Positions 38,701 through 50,944 of a stretch of 64,000 nucleotides of DNA are shown in pieces. The translations under genes were made by a program, and so were the position numbers. The notes below the pieces were generated by a model. The model made no database searches. It saw nothing but the letters and a program-made list of their open reading frames with translations, and was not told the DNA's origin. Location: the NCBI RefSeq assembly GCF_963921235.1, contig NC_086097.1, forward strand, positions 93,560,001 through 93,624,000, given 5' to 3'. This DNA is from Mobula hypostoma. Lineage: Eukaryota. Position 1 is the stretch's first letter, and each line of letters begins with the position of its first letter.

Positions 38701-40810
38701 AGCCCCTATGTGTACAGTCTCAGCGGCTGGCCGTTGACGTTGACATACATAAGCAGGCAATTCTGAACATTGAATAATAGTCCTTGGACTATTATTGGCT
38801 AGGCCTACTGGCTAGGCCTCTGCTCCGTGCACACAGGAAATCTGCACGGAGCAGAGGCCTAGCCAGTTTAGCCAGGACAAAGTCTATGGGTAACATTGCC
38901 CACTGAAGCAGAGTGTCAGCCGTTGTGTCCCGTAAGTCTGGAACCCTGCTGCCGTTGGAGGTCTCCAACAAGGTTTAATCGCTCCTTGCCTTCTCATCAA
39001 TAAGCGGTGCCAGCAGCACACTCACTTTAGCACCCACATCGCCCTGAAAGGGTGTTTGTAAGGAACAGTAGATGACCCTGGAACACAGGGTGTTCACAGA
39101 CCTCTGGCTCTGGCACTGTCGAAGCTGCAAGGCAGTCAGCACTTCCTCATGTTCGTACCAAAGCGAGCACACTAAAAACACAGGCCCAGCATTATCTGTT
39201 TCACAACTGTGGGCGTCCTCATGCTGGGGGGCTTTCCTGACCCGGTTTATTGAGGTAGAGAAAGGAGGAGGAATGATGCACTGCTGCCTGGCTGAGTGTA
39301 GGCTATCAGCCATTTTAGCAAGCTCCCTGTCGTCCTTTTCATTGCAAGGGCTGTGTGAACTTGATCGGGCATTTGCTGCAGGAAGAGTTCTTTAAAAATA
39401 AAACAAGGATGGTGATTTCCCAGGAGAGACAGCATGCAGTCTATTAGCTCTGATGGCTTAGCATCGCTGATGCCGAGCAAGGAGAGCAACTGTGTGACGC
39501 GCTCAGACGCCGATCCTGCAAAACTCTGTAAAAGGTGAGTTTTCTGCAATGGGTGTTTGTCGTGTTCATGTGGGTGTCCAAGCAGACCCACCACTCCCAC
39601 AGTCGTGGAGTTGCTGAGCGACGCTACCGCTTAGTGATGTCGGCAGTAATTTCTCGGAGGGCAAACTGGGTCTCGGCTTGTACAAATCAAGCAACAGCAT
39701 TTTCCCCCCAAAACTCTGGCAGTTTCAAAGCAGCTGCCTTGGCTGACATGTTCAGTAACTCTGGATCGTCCTAGAGCATCAGGGTCACCAATGTCAGTTT
39801 TTGCAAATACAACGGCAGAGGCATTTTAAGAAAAACAGTAACAACTCATTTATTGTAATCCAAACACTGAACACAAAGCATGGTAAAAAAAAACTTATAT
39901 AATTACATCATCACATCAGACCAGCCTCTTAAAGTGAACCACAACTCAATGTTCATGGCTGTGAATTATGTACACTTCCATCAATTACATTATCCTACAA
40001 GTTAAGCTCACATGAGGGGGACAAGATTATGGTACGCCATTTAAAATTGACCCAGATAATAACTCCTCCTTGTGGAGAGCAATGAATCTCTGGAATTCTC
40101 TACCCTGCAGGATTGTGGGGGTTGGATCACTGGAGCATTTAAAAGAGAAAGAGATACATTTTTGAGAGATTGTAGAATTGAGGTTTATGGGAGCTGGCAT
40201 AGAAGGCAAAATAAGGCCTGGAGCAGATCAGCCAAGGTCATACTGAAAGGCAAGTCCAGTTCGAGTGGCCTACGCCTGTTCCTGTTTTCTTAAGCCTTTA
40301 TGCTCTCTTTGTCTTGCTCTTTACCAGAACATTCTGCAGTGTGCGGTACAACATAGCTTTCTATTCTGTGAGCTTTGATTCCTGTTAACAATGTCTCTCA
40401 TGGGTATGAGCAGTGGTGGAACGTGGATCATTTGGAGTGTTTGCATGACGCTTTGTTATCTGGTATTCTGGACTCTTTCTTTTCAACAATCTGTCTTCTG
40501 TATTTTAGATTACTCATGATTAAAACTTAGCTCCTCACAGCCTCCAGAAAGGTCTCATTAGCTTGGAAATCTGCATGCATTTTAATAACGTATCCAAAGA
40601 AACAATATTTTTAAACCCTGCCTGATTCATCTGTTTTTCCTCTGAATATTTTGTTGACAGTCTCATAAAAGATCATCAGATGAGTCCAAATATTATTTTA
40701 AACATTTTTTTTGCAAAGTTGTGGGATTAGTGTAAATTAATGCTTAATAATAGATATGGATTGTAGCCTGTTTCTGTTGTGTTTCTCTCTATGATGTCAT
40801 GACTCTAGAC

Positions 40811-40876
40811 CAGGGGTTCCCAATCTTTTTGATGCCATGGACTCTTACCATTAACCAAGGGGTCTGTGAACCCCTG
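40811..40876. mobile_element. hAT (Charlie/MER5-like) MITE
   Basis: CAGGGGTTC...GAACCCCTG ends; 8-bp TSD CTCTAGAC/CTCTATAC fits the NTCTAGAN preference of Charlie elements. Confidence 0.8.
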
Positions 40877-42049
40877 CTCTATACTTTCAAGAATGCATTG
40901 CCTCAAACAATATTTCAATGTTACCCCCAAACCTGCTTCAGAAAGACTTGGGTGAACACCTGAATGCACTAGGGCGAGAAGAGGACAGCCAACAATTTGC
41001 TCTGGCACAGAAAGAATCCATTTAACTGTCAGGTCCATGAGAGCAATTCCATCAGCTCCTTCCCCCCTCCTACCTTCCTGTGTCCCACTGCTTCGTCCCT
41101 TTCACAGAGCCAAAAGTTCCCCTTCAATTCCTTCTGCCGTTAACCTACACAGAAGGAAATTTGTGGTGGCTAATTAACTCTCCAGCACACCTTTGGATGG
41201 AAACTAGAGTCCAGGGTGGGGGGTGGGGGGAACCATGCATTCAGAGAGAATGAGGAAACTCCACGGTATCAAACCCAGGTCTCTGGAGCTATGAAGCAGC
41301 AGTTAGCTGCTCTGCCACCATCTTATCATTGTTTCAAAGTACTCCTTCAAAAACTTCTTCTGAAGTGACCTATAATACACATGCCTGTTGGCTAACCTTC
41401 TGAAAGGAAACTTATAAATGTTTGCAATCTTTATGCTACGACGTGACCTTCATACACTGATCTACTTAACTTTTGCAAACTATATTTGGCCAGAAGTTAC
41501 CAAGCTATCTAATTGACTTTAATTGAACCAAGTTCATAAATGTTCCTCCAGCATTAATGAATTTCAAAGTCTGCCGACTGGTTTCACTTTCAGCCTAACT
41601 GTACAAATTAGAAATTATGCTTTGCTTGAAATTAGTTCTGCAGCCCCAGAGGCAACGTTTCTCCATCCATCTAAGTGTGACTCCTCCCATCAGGAATTCA
41701 AAGGATCTGTCTTTACTCATTTCCAGTTTCCACTTGGCTAGCCCATGCTTGATCTTTCTTCCTGTGTACTCACCATGAGGCATCCCAAGTCACCCCATAA
41801 CTGCATTATTAGACAGTGACTCCAAGCCAATGCAGGACATATTTCGATAGGTGGGCATGAGCTTGGTTAAAGTAGCATCTTAAAGAGAAAAAAGGGAGTT
41901 CTTGGTTAATGTATTTCATCTCTAACTTAGGCTTATCCGTGGCACGTTGACTGAAAGATGGGAGTTAATGTTACCAGCAGAATCAGGTGGTGGTGTAATC
42001 ACCTTAACAGGGCTGATGTCATTGACTCTGAAAGCCTATTGAAGTACAT

Positions 42050-43730
42050 ACACAAACGCAGGAGATTCTGCAGATGCTGGAAATGCAGAGCAACACACGC
42101 AAAACTCTGGAAGGAAGGAACACAGTAGGTCAGGCAGCATCTGTGGAGAGGACGCAAACATGAGGAATTCTGCAGATGCTGGAAATTCAAGCAACACACA
42201 TCAAAGTTGCTGGTGAACGCAGCAGGCCAGGCAGCATCTCTAGGAAGAGGTACAGTCGACGTTTCGGGCCGAGACCCTTCGTCAGGACTAACTGAAGGAA
42301 GAGATAGTAAGAGATTTGAAAGGGGGAGGGGGAGGGGGAGATCTGAAATGATAGGAGAAGACAGGAGGGAGCCAAGAGCTGGACAGGTGATTGGCAAAGG
42401 GGATATGAGAGGGTCATGGGACAGGAGGCCCAGGGAGAAGGAAAAGGGGGAGGGGGGAAAAACCCAGAGGATGGGCAAGGGGTATAGTGAGAGGGACAGA
42501 GAGAGAAAAAGGAGAGAGAGAGAAAGAATGTGTCTATATAAATAAGTAACGGATGGGGTACAAAGGGGAGGAGGGGCATTCCCTTACCACCATTCAGGGC
42601 CCCAGACAGTCACTTCACCTGTGAGTCGGCTGGGGTGTGCGTCTGGTGCTCCCGATGTGGCCTTCTATATATTGGTGAGACCTGACGCAGACTGGGAGAT
42701 CATTTCGCTGAACACCTACGCTCTGTCCGCCAGAGAAAGCAGGATCTCCCAGTGGCCACACATTTTAATTCCACATCCCATTCCCATTCTGATATGTCTA
42801 TCCACGGCCTCCTCTACTTTAAAGATGAAGCCACACTCAGGTTGGAGGAACAACACCTTATATTCCGTCTGGGTAGCCTCCAACCTGATGGCATGAACAT
42901 TGACTTCTCAAACTTCTGCTAATGCCCCACCTCCCCCTCGTACCCCATCCGTTATTTATTTATATACACACATGTTCTTTCTCTCTCTCTCCTTTTTCTC
43001 CCTCTGTCCCTCTCACTATACCCCTTGCCCATCCTCTGGGTTTTCCCCCCCTCCCCCTTTTCTTTCTCCCTGGGCCTCCTGTCCCATGATCCTCTCATAT
43101 CCCTTTTGCCAATCACCTGTCCAGCTCTTGGGTCCATCCCTTCCCCTCCTGTCTTCTCCTATCATTCTGGATCTCCCTTTCCCCCTCCCACTTTCAAATC
43201 TCTTACTAGCCCTTCTTTCAGTTAGTCCTGACGAAGGGTCTCGGCCCAAAACATCGACTGTACCTCTTCCTAGAGATGCTGCCTGGCCTGCTGCGTTCAC
43301 CAGCAACTTTGATGTGTGTTGATCTATGGAAAGGGTTTGTTTTGGGCCAAGACCCTTCTTCAGAACTGGAAGGGAATAAGGAAGAAGCCAAAATATAAAG
43401 GTGGGGGAAGGGGAAGGAGTGCAAGTTAGAAAGTGATAGATGAAACCAGGTGATGGGGAAGGTGGGTGGGTGGGGGAGAGGGATGAAGTGAGAAGCTGGG
43501 AAGTGATAGGTGGAAAAGGTAAAGGGCTGTAGAAGATGGAATCTGATAGGAGAGGAAAGTAAACCATGGGAGAAAAGGAAAGGGGGACCAGACAGTTGTG
43601 ATCGGCAAGAGGGTGAGAAGGGAGCCGGAACAGGGAATGGGAAAAGAGAGCAGGGGATGGGGGAAGGAATTGCCGGAGGTTAGAGAAATCTATGTTCATG
43701 CTGACAGGTTGGAGGCTACCCAAATTAATT
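42050..43730. mobile_element. Cluster of Penelope-like fragments, including an inverted pair (about 42194-42580 minus, 42580-43319 plus)
   Basis: GIY-YIG remnant (CSRCGLLYIGET...LGDHFAEH...EQHLIFRLGSLQPDGMN) between inverted terminal repeats; a further minus copy at 43340-43725. Confidence 0.85.
42254..42289 (-). ncRNA. Minimal type I hammerhead ribozyme motif (best-preserved copy)
   Basis: Minus strand AGTC-CTGACGA-A-GGG-TCTCGG-CCC-GAAAC-GTC-GACT: CUGANGA and GAAA core, GUC triplet, stems I and II paired, palindromic ACGT in place of stem III. Confidence 0.75.
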
Positions 43731-45129
43731 ATGGGGTACAGTACGTACGCAGTTCTTTTTAAACAAATAGGTTCCATATATATTATAAAAATTATAGGAG
43801 ACAAGTTTTGACAAAATTGGTTATTAATGTCCAAGTTTCTCTCAAATAACGTTTACTGGTCTACAAAAGAGCAACTTTAAGAAAGGTTGCAGCCTCAGGA
43901 CAGCTTGTTAAATTAAACACGGAGAACAGCTTCTGTACTTTGCATGAAAATATTCCCAATTCTATCTGTTTGGTAATGGAGCTTGGCGTTGGAGAGAGCC
44001 TTTGAAGAGGGGAAAGTGAAGAGGGTACAGTGGTCTAGAGAGGGAGTTTTGGAGGTTAGGATCCAGGCAGTCACTGGTGGAGAATGGATGAATACTGACA
44101 TTGTATAATAGGTACAAAATGAAAGAACAATTGACTTCTGGAATGTGGTAGAGTTGCGGGGGGAGAGGGGAGTAGGGTTGGTATCTGGTGTGGAGGTTTT
44201 TGAAAACAAGGACAGGAATTCTAAAGTTAGTGGGACCTAGTGAAGACTCACAGGGTTTGATGGCGGTGTGTAGCGGGTGGAAGATAGGAGGCTGATTGAG
44301 ACAGCAAGTCAGCAAATCAATGATGAGGACTTCCATTTCCTGCAACTCTGAATTTCTTCGACTGCTTGACAGCTCAAGTGGTGAGAAGCTAATTACTAAA
44401 TCTTGCTGCAGGCAAACAGTAAATTCGGCTATTTTTGATCACAGCATGTGGTAACAAGCTGTCCAAGCTCTCCAGCAGCCCATTCCCCAGGCTAGGGAAG
44501 GGGTGCAGGCTGAAAATGCTTGCCCCCCTGCCCCATGAACGTAAGTGATCTACTAAGTCCACTACTCTTCTTTGAACAAACATACATGAACATTTGGTAC
44601 AATGTAGTCCCCATGACGTCTAGTTATGAGAGATGTTGTGCCCAAATACATAGTCCTATTGTTTGTTGTGGACAATATAATACATTCCTCTGAGAGATCT
44701 GTGATGCTTACAAATGCCTCCTCTTGCAAGTACAGCTACTAATGTTTAGGGATTGCAAAAGAAATTTTCCCTAACTTATCCTCACATGATTGTGTACCCT
44801 GACTCTATAGCTGTATCATTGCCGATAAAGGCTAAGAGTGTTGTAATCATCTTCCCTTTTTATACAGTATGCTTTGAAGGAAAATACCACTGACTAACTT
44901 ATTTCAATATAATCATTTCAATATGTTTATGATGTATTTCTGTAGTGGGTCTCTTCCAGCTCCCTGTTCCTCAGATCTTGAATCATAAGCAGCAATCTTC
45001 CCTCATCAGTAAGCTATCTGCTGGTTCAGTTTGTGTCCCTGATGGCCTATTTGGCTTGAGTTCACACACTCGCCAATGCAATGGCAGTTGGCTAAGCCTT
45101 TTGGCAGCTCTGTCAAAACTTCCCAGTTA

Positions 45130-46855
45130 CATTGCAAAGTTTCCCCTCACTGATACTACTTTGGATTCTGGTGAGGGGGACGACCTACCGGGTGGGAACC
45201 ATTGCCACCGGGTATCTGGCACCGGGTCTAGTGCTATGGCTCAGTAGAGAAGAGAGTTGAAGAGGCCTGCAGTGGTGATAGGAGATTCCATAGTCAGCGG
45301 AATAGAGATGAGGTTTGGTGAGCGTGATAGAGACATTCAGATGGTGTGTTGCCTCCCAGATGCCAGGAGCAGAGAAGTGTCAGATCAGATCCACGGAATT
45401 CTAAAGGAGGAGGGTGAACAGCCAGAAGTCTTGATACATACTGGCACCAATGACATAGAAGGGAAAAGGGAGGAGGTCCTGAAGAAAGATATTCGGGAGC
45501 TAGGTAGAAAGCTGAAAAGCAGGACCTCCAGGATAGTAATTTCTAGATTGCTACCTGTGTCAGGTGCCATTGAGGGTGAGAATAGGATGATTTGGCAGAT
45601 GAACTGGTGCAGGGGGAAGGGGTTCAGATTTATGGACCACTGGGATCTCTTTTGGGGAAGGTGCTACCTAAACCCGAGAGGGACCAATATTCTTGTCGGC
45701 AGGTTTGCTAAAGCTGTTCGGGAGGGTTTAGACTAATTTGGTGGGGGGATGGGAACTGGAGTGATAGTGCTGGGGATGAGGTAGTTAGTTTACAAGCAGA
45801 GGCAGGGTATAGTGAGACTGCTAGCAAAGAGAGGCTGATGATAGGGCAAAATAGGGCAAAAAATGATACAGCAGGAGGAGAAGATGGCGGCATGACGCAG
45901 CGTGCGCGGCCGCTCCGAAATGATATCGTATTTGTGAAGTAGGATGCCGTGCACAATCCTGATTTGATGGAGACAGACGTGAGAAGCACGGAGGAACATC
46001 TGGAGAAACTTCTGAAATGCCCGTTTGCTGCCACTGCTACTGTGCGATCGAGAATCTCTGGAGGGGAAGGCCCCAAATCCTCGTCTTTGCCTATTGCCTG
46101 TTGCCAGGGCCGGGGTCGAAGCGCTCGGCAGAGATGGTGCTCGGTGCTCGGTGTCGGAGGGCTGGTCGGAGGCTCTAAGTTTTCGGACGGACTCAAGAGT
46201 CGGCTGTGGTCGGTTGCTTCCAGGGTTTGCGGCGTTGGAAGCTCATGGCAGGAAGAGTTTTTCTTCCTTCTCCCGTCTGCATGAGATGATGGGACTCCCG
46301 AGAGACTTTGAGACTTTTTTTTTACTGTGCCCATGGTCTGTCCTTCTATCAAATTACGATATTGCTTTGCACTGTTGTAACTATATGTTATAATTATGTG
46401 GCTTTTGTCAGTTTTTCAGTCTTGGTCTGTCTTGTGTTTCTTTGATATCATTCTGGAGGAACATTGTATCATTTCTTAATGCATGCATTACTAAGTGACA
46501 ATAAAAGAGGACTGCATGTCCTCATAATCTAAAAAAAATTTGCAGTCAATGGGATGAGATACAATGTAAAGGCAGACAAAATTGATCTAAAGGTCATGGG
46601 TTAAGGGGGAAAGGTGAAATGTTTAAGGGGAAATACGAGGGGAAACTTTTTCACTCAGTGGTGAGAATGTGGAACAAGCTGCCAGCAGGTTTACTTCCAA
46701 CATTTGAGAGGAATTTATGTAGATATATGAATTGGAGAGACATGGGGGTGGTGGGGACTATGGTCTGGGTGTAGGTCACTGGCACTAGGCAGGTTAATAG
46801 TTCGGCATGAACTAGGTAAGCTGAAGGGCCTGTTTTTGTGACTTCTCTATGATTC
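45130..46855 (+). mobile_element. Deleted CR1 LINE (esterase ORF1 fragment plus 3' end), interrupted by a 640-bp repeat
   Basis: ORF 45257-45736 has VIGDS, HTGTND and FMDHWDLFWGR, paralogous to 31954-32859. Confidence 0.8.
45871..46530 (+). mobile_element. 640-bp SINE-like family, copy 3
   Basis: Aligns with 4807-5441; interrupts the CR1 just after ORF1. Confidence 0.8.
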
Positions 46856-46859
46856 CATG

Positions 46860-48860
46860 ACATTCTTCCCCACCCTCCGTACTTTCCTCTGATCAGTTTT
46901 AAGTTATTCCCCCTCGTATTAGCCTGGGAAATAAGTCCCTTGTTATCCATTTGATTTATGCCTCTTATCATCTTGTACACCTTTATCAAGTCACCTCTCA
47001 TCCTCCTTTGCTTTGCTCCAAACAGAGAAGTCCCAGCTTGCTCAACCTATCCTTATAAGATATACTCTGCAATCCAGACAGCATCTTTGTAAATTGCCTC
47101 TGCATTCTCCCCAAAGCTTCCACACCCTTCCTATAATGAGGTGACTAAAATTGAACACATAGTCCAGGATTTATAGAGCTGCAACTCTACCTCTTGACTC
47201 TTGATCTCAGTCCCCCGACCAATGAAGGCTAACACACCATATGCCTCATTAACCACGCTATCAACTTGTGCTGCAATTTTGAGGGGTCTATGGACTAGGA
47301 TCCCAAGACCCCTCTGTTCTTCCACACTACTAAGACTGTACTCTGCTTCAAGTTTCACCTCCCAAAGTGAATCATCTCACACTTTTCTGGACTGAACTCC
47401 ATCTCTCATTTCTCAGCCCAGCTGGGCAATGCATCCTATTAATGCCCCTTTGTAACCTACTACACTATTCACCTCACCACCAACCTTCTTGACATCTGCA
47501 AACTTACCAACCCACCCTTCCACTTCCTCATCCAAATCATTTATAGAAATCACAAGGAGCAGGGGTCCCAGAACAGATCCCCGTGGAACACCAACTGGTC
47601 ACAGACCTCCAAGTGGGACACACTCCATCGACTACCCTTTCTGCCTTCTGTGGGCAAGCCAATTCTGAATCCATGCAACCAACTTTCCCTGGATCCTATG
47701 CCTCCTGGCTTTCTGAATGAGCTTACCATGGGAACCTTGCTGAACACCTTATTAAAATCTGTCCACTGCTCTGCCTTCAGTAATGTGTTTCATCACTCCT
47801 CAAGTAATCCCATTAGATTCGTGCCTGTCGCCTGCCCTTTACAATGCCACGTTGACTATCCTGAATCAGATTGTACTTCTCCAAAAGCATGTAAATCCTG
47901 TCTCTAAGAATACTCTTCAATGTTCAACCATTACTAATATTAGACTCACCCGTCTGCAGTTCCCAGGGTTATCTGTATTACCTTTCTGGAACAAAGGAAT
48001 ACCATTTGCCACCCTCTTCTGGTACTACCCCCATGGCCAGTGAGGATGTAAAGATAGAAACATAGAAAACCTACAGCACAATACAGGCCCTTCGGCCCAC
48101 AAAGCTGTGCTGAACATGTCCCTACCTTAGAAATTACCTAGGGTTACCCATAGCCCTCTATTTTTCTGAGCTCCATGTACCTGTCCAGGATTCTCTTAAA
48201 AGACCCTATCGTATCCGCCTCCACCACTGTCGCCGGCAGCCCATTCCACGCACTCACCACTCTCTGTGTAAAAAAACTTACCCCTGACATCTCCTCTGTA
48301 CCTAGATCATTGCCAAAGACTCAGTAATCTCCTCTTGCTTCTTGTAGTAACCTGGGTATATCTGGTCTGGCCCCATCACCTTATCTATCCTTATGTTTTT
48401 CAAAAGTTCCAGCCCGTCCTATGTTCCAGCACATCAGCCTGTCCCATGCTGACCTCACATTGGTCAAGTTGCCTCTCACCAGTGAATACTGAAGAAAAGT
48501 ACTCATTAAGGGCATCCCCTGACTCCTCAGACTCCAGGCACATTTTCCCCTTCTTTAATGGTCCAAGCTCACCTCCTTGTTCCTGATACTTTTTGCATTA
48601 AAATAGACATTTCAACCCATCCAATTATGCACTTTCCATTACAGTACCTATCCTCACTACACACCACATCTACATTTACACCAACTGCTCCATCATATGA
48701 CCCATCACTCTGGTTCCCATCTCCCTGCCAAATTAGTTTAAGCCCTCCCCGACGGCTCTAACAAACCTGCCAGCAATGATATTGATCCACCTCGAGCTCA
48801 GGTGTAACCCATCCTTTTTGTACAGGTCAGAAGAGAGCCCAATGATTCACCAATCTGCAG
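46860..48860 (-). mobile_element. Decayed CR1 LINE on the minus strand with a nested CR1 3' tail (about 48056-48303)
   Basis: RT remnants (GVPRGSVLGPLL, FADVKKVGG, VEEQRGLG, RGDLIKVYK) and the ORF1 end (AGRFVRAVGEGLN); nested piece flanked by AGAT on both sides. Confidence 0.75.
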
Positions 48861-48864
48861 AACT

Positions 48865-49200
48865 TTGTGAGTGTCTTTGGTGACACACCAACTCTCGTCA
48901 AACTCCTAATGAAATACAGCTGCTGTGGTGCCTTCTTTGTAACTGCATCAATATGCTGGGCCCAGGATCGATCCTCAGAGATGTTGACACCCAGGACCAT
49001 GAAACTGCTCACCCTTTCCACTGCTGATCCCTGGATGAGGACGGGTGTGTGCTCCCTCAACTCCTCCTTCCTGAAGCCCACAATCAATTCCTTGGTTTTA
49101 CTGACATTGAGTGCAAGGTTGTAGCTGCACCACTCAACCAGCTGATCTGTCTCATTCCTGTACGCCTCCTGGTCACCATCTGAAATCCTGCCAACAATAG
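48865..49200 (-). mobile_element. Rex1/Babar-like LINE fragment
   Basis: LALNVSKTKELIV...VERVSSFMVLGVNISED...LYFIRSL. Confidence 0.7.
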
Positions 49201-49529
49201 CTTGGCACATATATGATTGCCCCTGTAACACTATAGGTGTATATGCAATGGCCGTGTATGTGATGTGTTAAGGTTCTATGCATGATATAGGTACAGCTGT
49301 CCCTGGTGTCTCCAAACCTAATGCACAGTTCATTGTATTGCTGGATGTACACGCCCTGTACAGCCGATTCGGAGTGTCTGTATTTACTTGGTGGTCATTT
49401 GGGTTTGTTGGTGATGTGCCTCGGTAAGGGGTTATATTTGGGTCAATTCGTTGCGCCCTGCTACAGTACAGAGTGAGTCAGTCTGTGCCGTGTTCCTGTG
49501 CATCTCACGGAGACTTTGTGTAATGTTTT

Positions 49530-50120
49530 ACCCCGTCGGAAGGGGCGATATTTCAGTGGGATCGGGTAGCAGGAGCGCTCGGGCCAGGCCGGTCTCTGTC
49601 CGGTCGGGGGATAGGTAGTGTGTATGTCAGGGACCCCGGCCGGGTGAGCCTGCGTGCCCCAGCGCCGCTCCGGGGCGGCAGATGCGAGGGAGCGGGACTA
49701 TGTCGACCGGCTGCACAGACGCCCGGCTGGAGTGAGCGCTGCGAGCGGGGATCGGGAGCCGGTTCGGGAGGAAGGAAGGAGGCTCGGGATCTGGAGAGGA
49801 GACTGGCTGAGAAACTATGGCCGATGTAGGAACTGCCACCATCACCACCAGGATTAAAAAACTGCTGCGTTCCCCTTCGCTGAAGCTGCGGAGGAGCAAA
49901 CACCACGGCACGGGGAAGAATATCACGGACAAGGTGAGTGTCTCCTGCGTCTGCCCAGCCAATGCAACATGTAAGAGGCGGCCGGGCAATGCATTGCTAC
50001 GATTGCATTAAATGCAACCCGATCTCCAACGACAGCAGCGCACGAAAATGCAAAGGAGCCCCGGGTATCATCCGGGCAAGAGGCGAATGTCCGGGTGGAG
50101 GTTGTGTAGGCAGAGGGAGA
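49530..50120. promoter_or_regulatory. CpG island / probable promoter and 5' UTR of the MAPKBP1-like gene
   Basis: Sharp local rise in GC and CpG density in an otherwise CpG-poor window, surrounding the ATG at 49817. Confidence 0.75.
49817..49933 (+). CDS. MAPKBP1: First coding exon of a mitogen-activated protein kinase-binding protein 1-like gene (WD40, MAPKBP1/WDR62 family)
   Basis: Encodes MADVGTATITTRIKKLLRSPSLKLRRSKHHGTGKNITDK, closely resembling the MAPKBP1 N-terminus as I recall it (MAVEGSTITSRIKNLLRSPSIKLRRSK...SSK). Ends at a phase-0 donor AAG|GTGAGT at 49933/49934, just where VTLEKVLG should follow. Lies in a CpG island. Paralog identity needs synteny. Confidence 0.88.
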
Positions 50121-50288
50121 GTTTCAAATGCATGAATAACCGAGCGATTAATTGCATTAAGTGACTGGATAAAAGATGTTTGCATGTACTGTAACCGAGG
50201 GTTGACAGGTAACGTGGTGCAGCAGGGTGCTGTGTAGTGAGTGACTAGCGGCACAGCACCCAACCCTTATATAGCGATCGCCCGGCAG

Positions 50289-50314
50289 GGAGAGAGAGAG
50301 AGAGAGAGAGAGAG
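50289..50314. repeat. (GA)n microsatellite
   Basis: Directly visible. Confidence 0.9.
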
Positions 50315-50944
50315 CAGCTTGCCATGGCAAATCGGAGAGCACATTTGCTTTATTGCTGAGCGTGCATTCATGTAAGTGAAGCTTGAGTTTTGTCAGAGCT
50401 GTGCAGAATTCATGCGTCGGTATCTCAGGGTTGTCTCCCATTGGTTCTGGTCTTCGGGTTGTCAACCTGGCATTGAGGTCGCGATTGGAATTATGGCCTT
50501 ATATATCCCCCCGGCGTGGTTCTCTTAGCCTGTGACTGAAACACTGTTCATGGCCCAGCTTGGGGTCTAGGATGCTGCTCTTCTGTCTGTGCCCTGAATC
50601 GCCATTAATTCTCTCTGTATTGGTGGTGTCACACCTGACTCTGTGTCAGGATTGTAACTCACCGCGGTTCTGTCTGTACCAAGATGTTACAGCTGACTCC
50701 CTGTATCAGAAATGTAACTGCCACTCTGCTTGTGACCAGCACGTTAATGCCCTTCTTGGATCTGAAATGTTGTCAGTCGAATTGCCCCGCCACTCAGCCT
50801 GGATGTGGGTTGCATAGTCCACAGCTGGCTCACTCTGCCTGTATCTGGAGCACCACAGTTCAGAGCCCACTCTGTACATGTATTGAAAGTGAAGCATCAC
50901 TTTTCACCAGTCTAGTCTCTGCCTACAGCAAGTGAAACAGTTCT

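Larger units (their letters stand above)
31008..39999 (-). mobile_element. Ty3/Gypsy LTR retrotransposon (internally deleted) hosting nested LINEs
   Basis: LTRs at 39792-39999 and 31008-about 31220; 4-bp TSD AGTT (31004-31007 and 40000-40003); PBS TGGTGACCCT (39781-39790); purine tract near 31223-31232. gag LKLPEFW...QAETQF; integrase TAYHPQSNGL...FHRSLKAAL, PYNGPF (about 37700) and ISVNCLKPA (about 31390-31415). Confidence 0.88.

Noticed and set aside
43016..43834. 272-aa minus-strand ORF
   Set aside because: Reads through low-complexity Penelope terminal repeats of opposite orientations.
43870..44600. Possible L2/CR1-group LINE remnant on the minus strand
   Set aside because: Too decayed to show diagnostic motifs I could defend.
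49934..50011. Continuation of the 64-aa ORF past 49933
   Set aside because: Similarity to MAPKBP1 ends at a consensus GT donor, so the remainder is intron.
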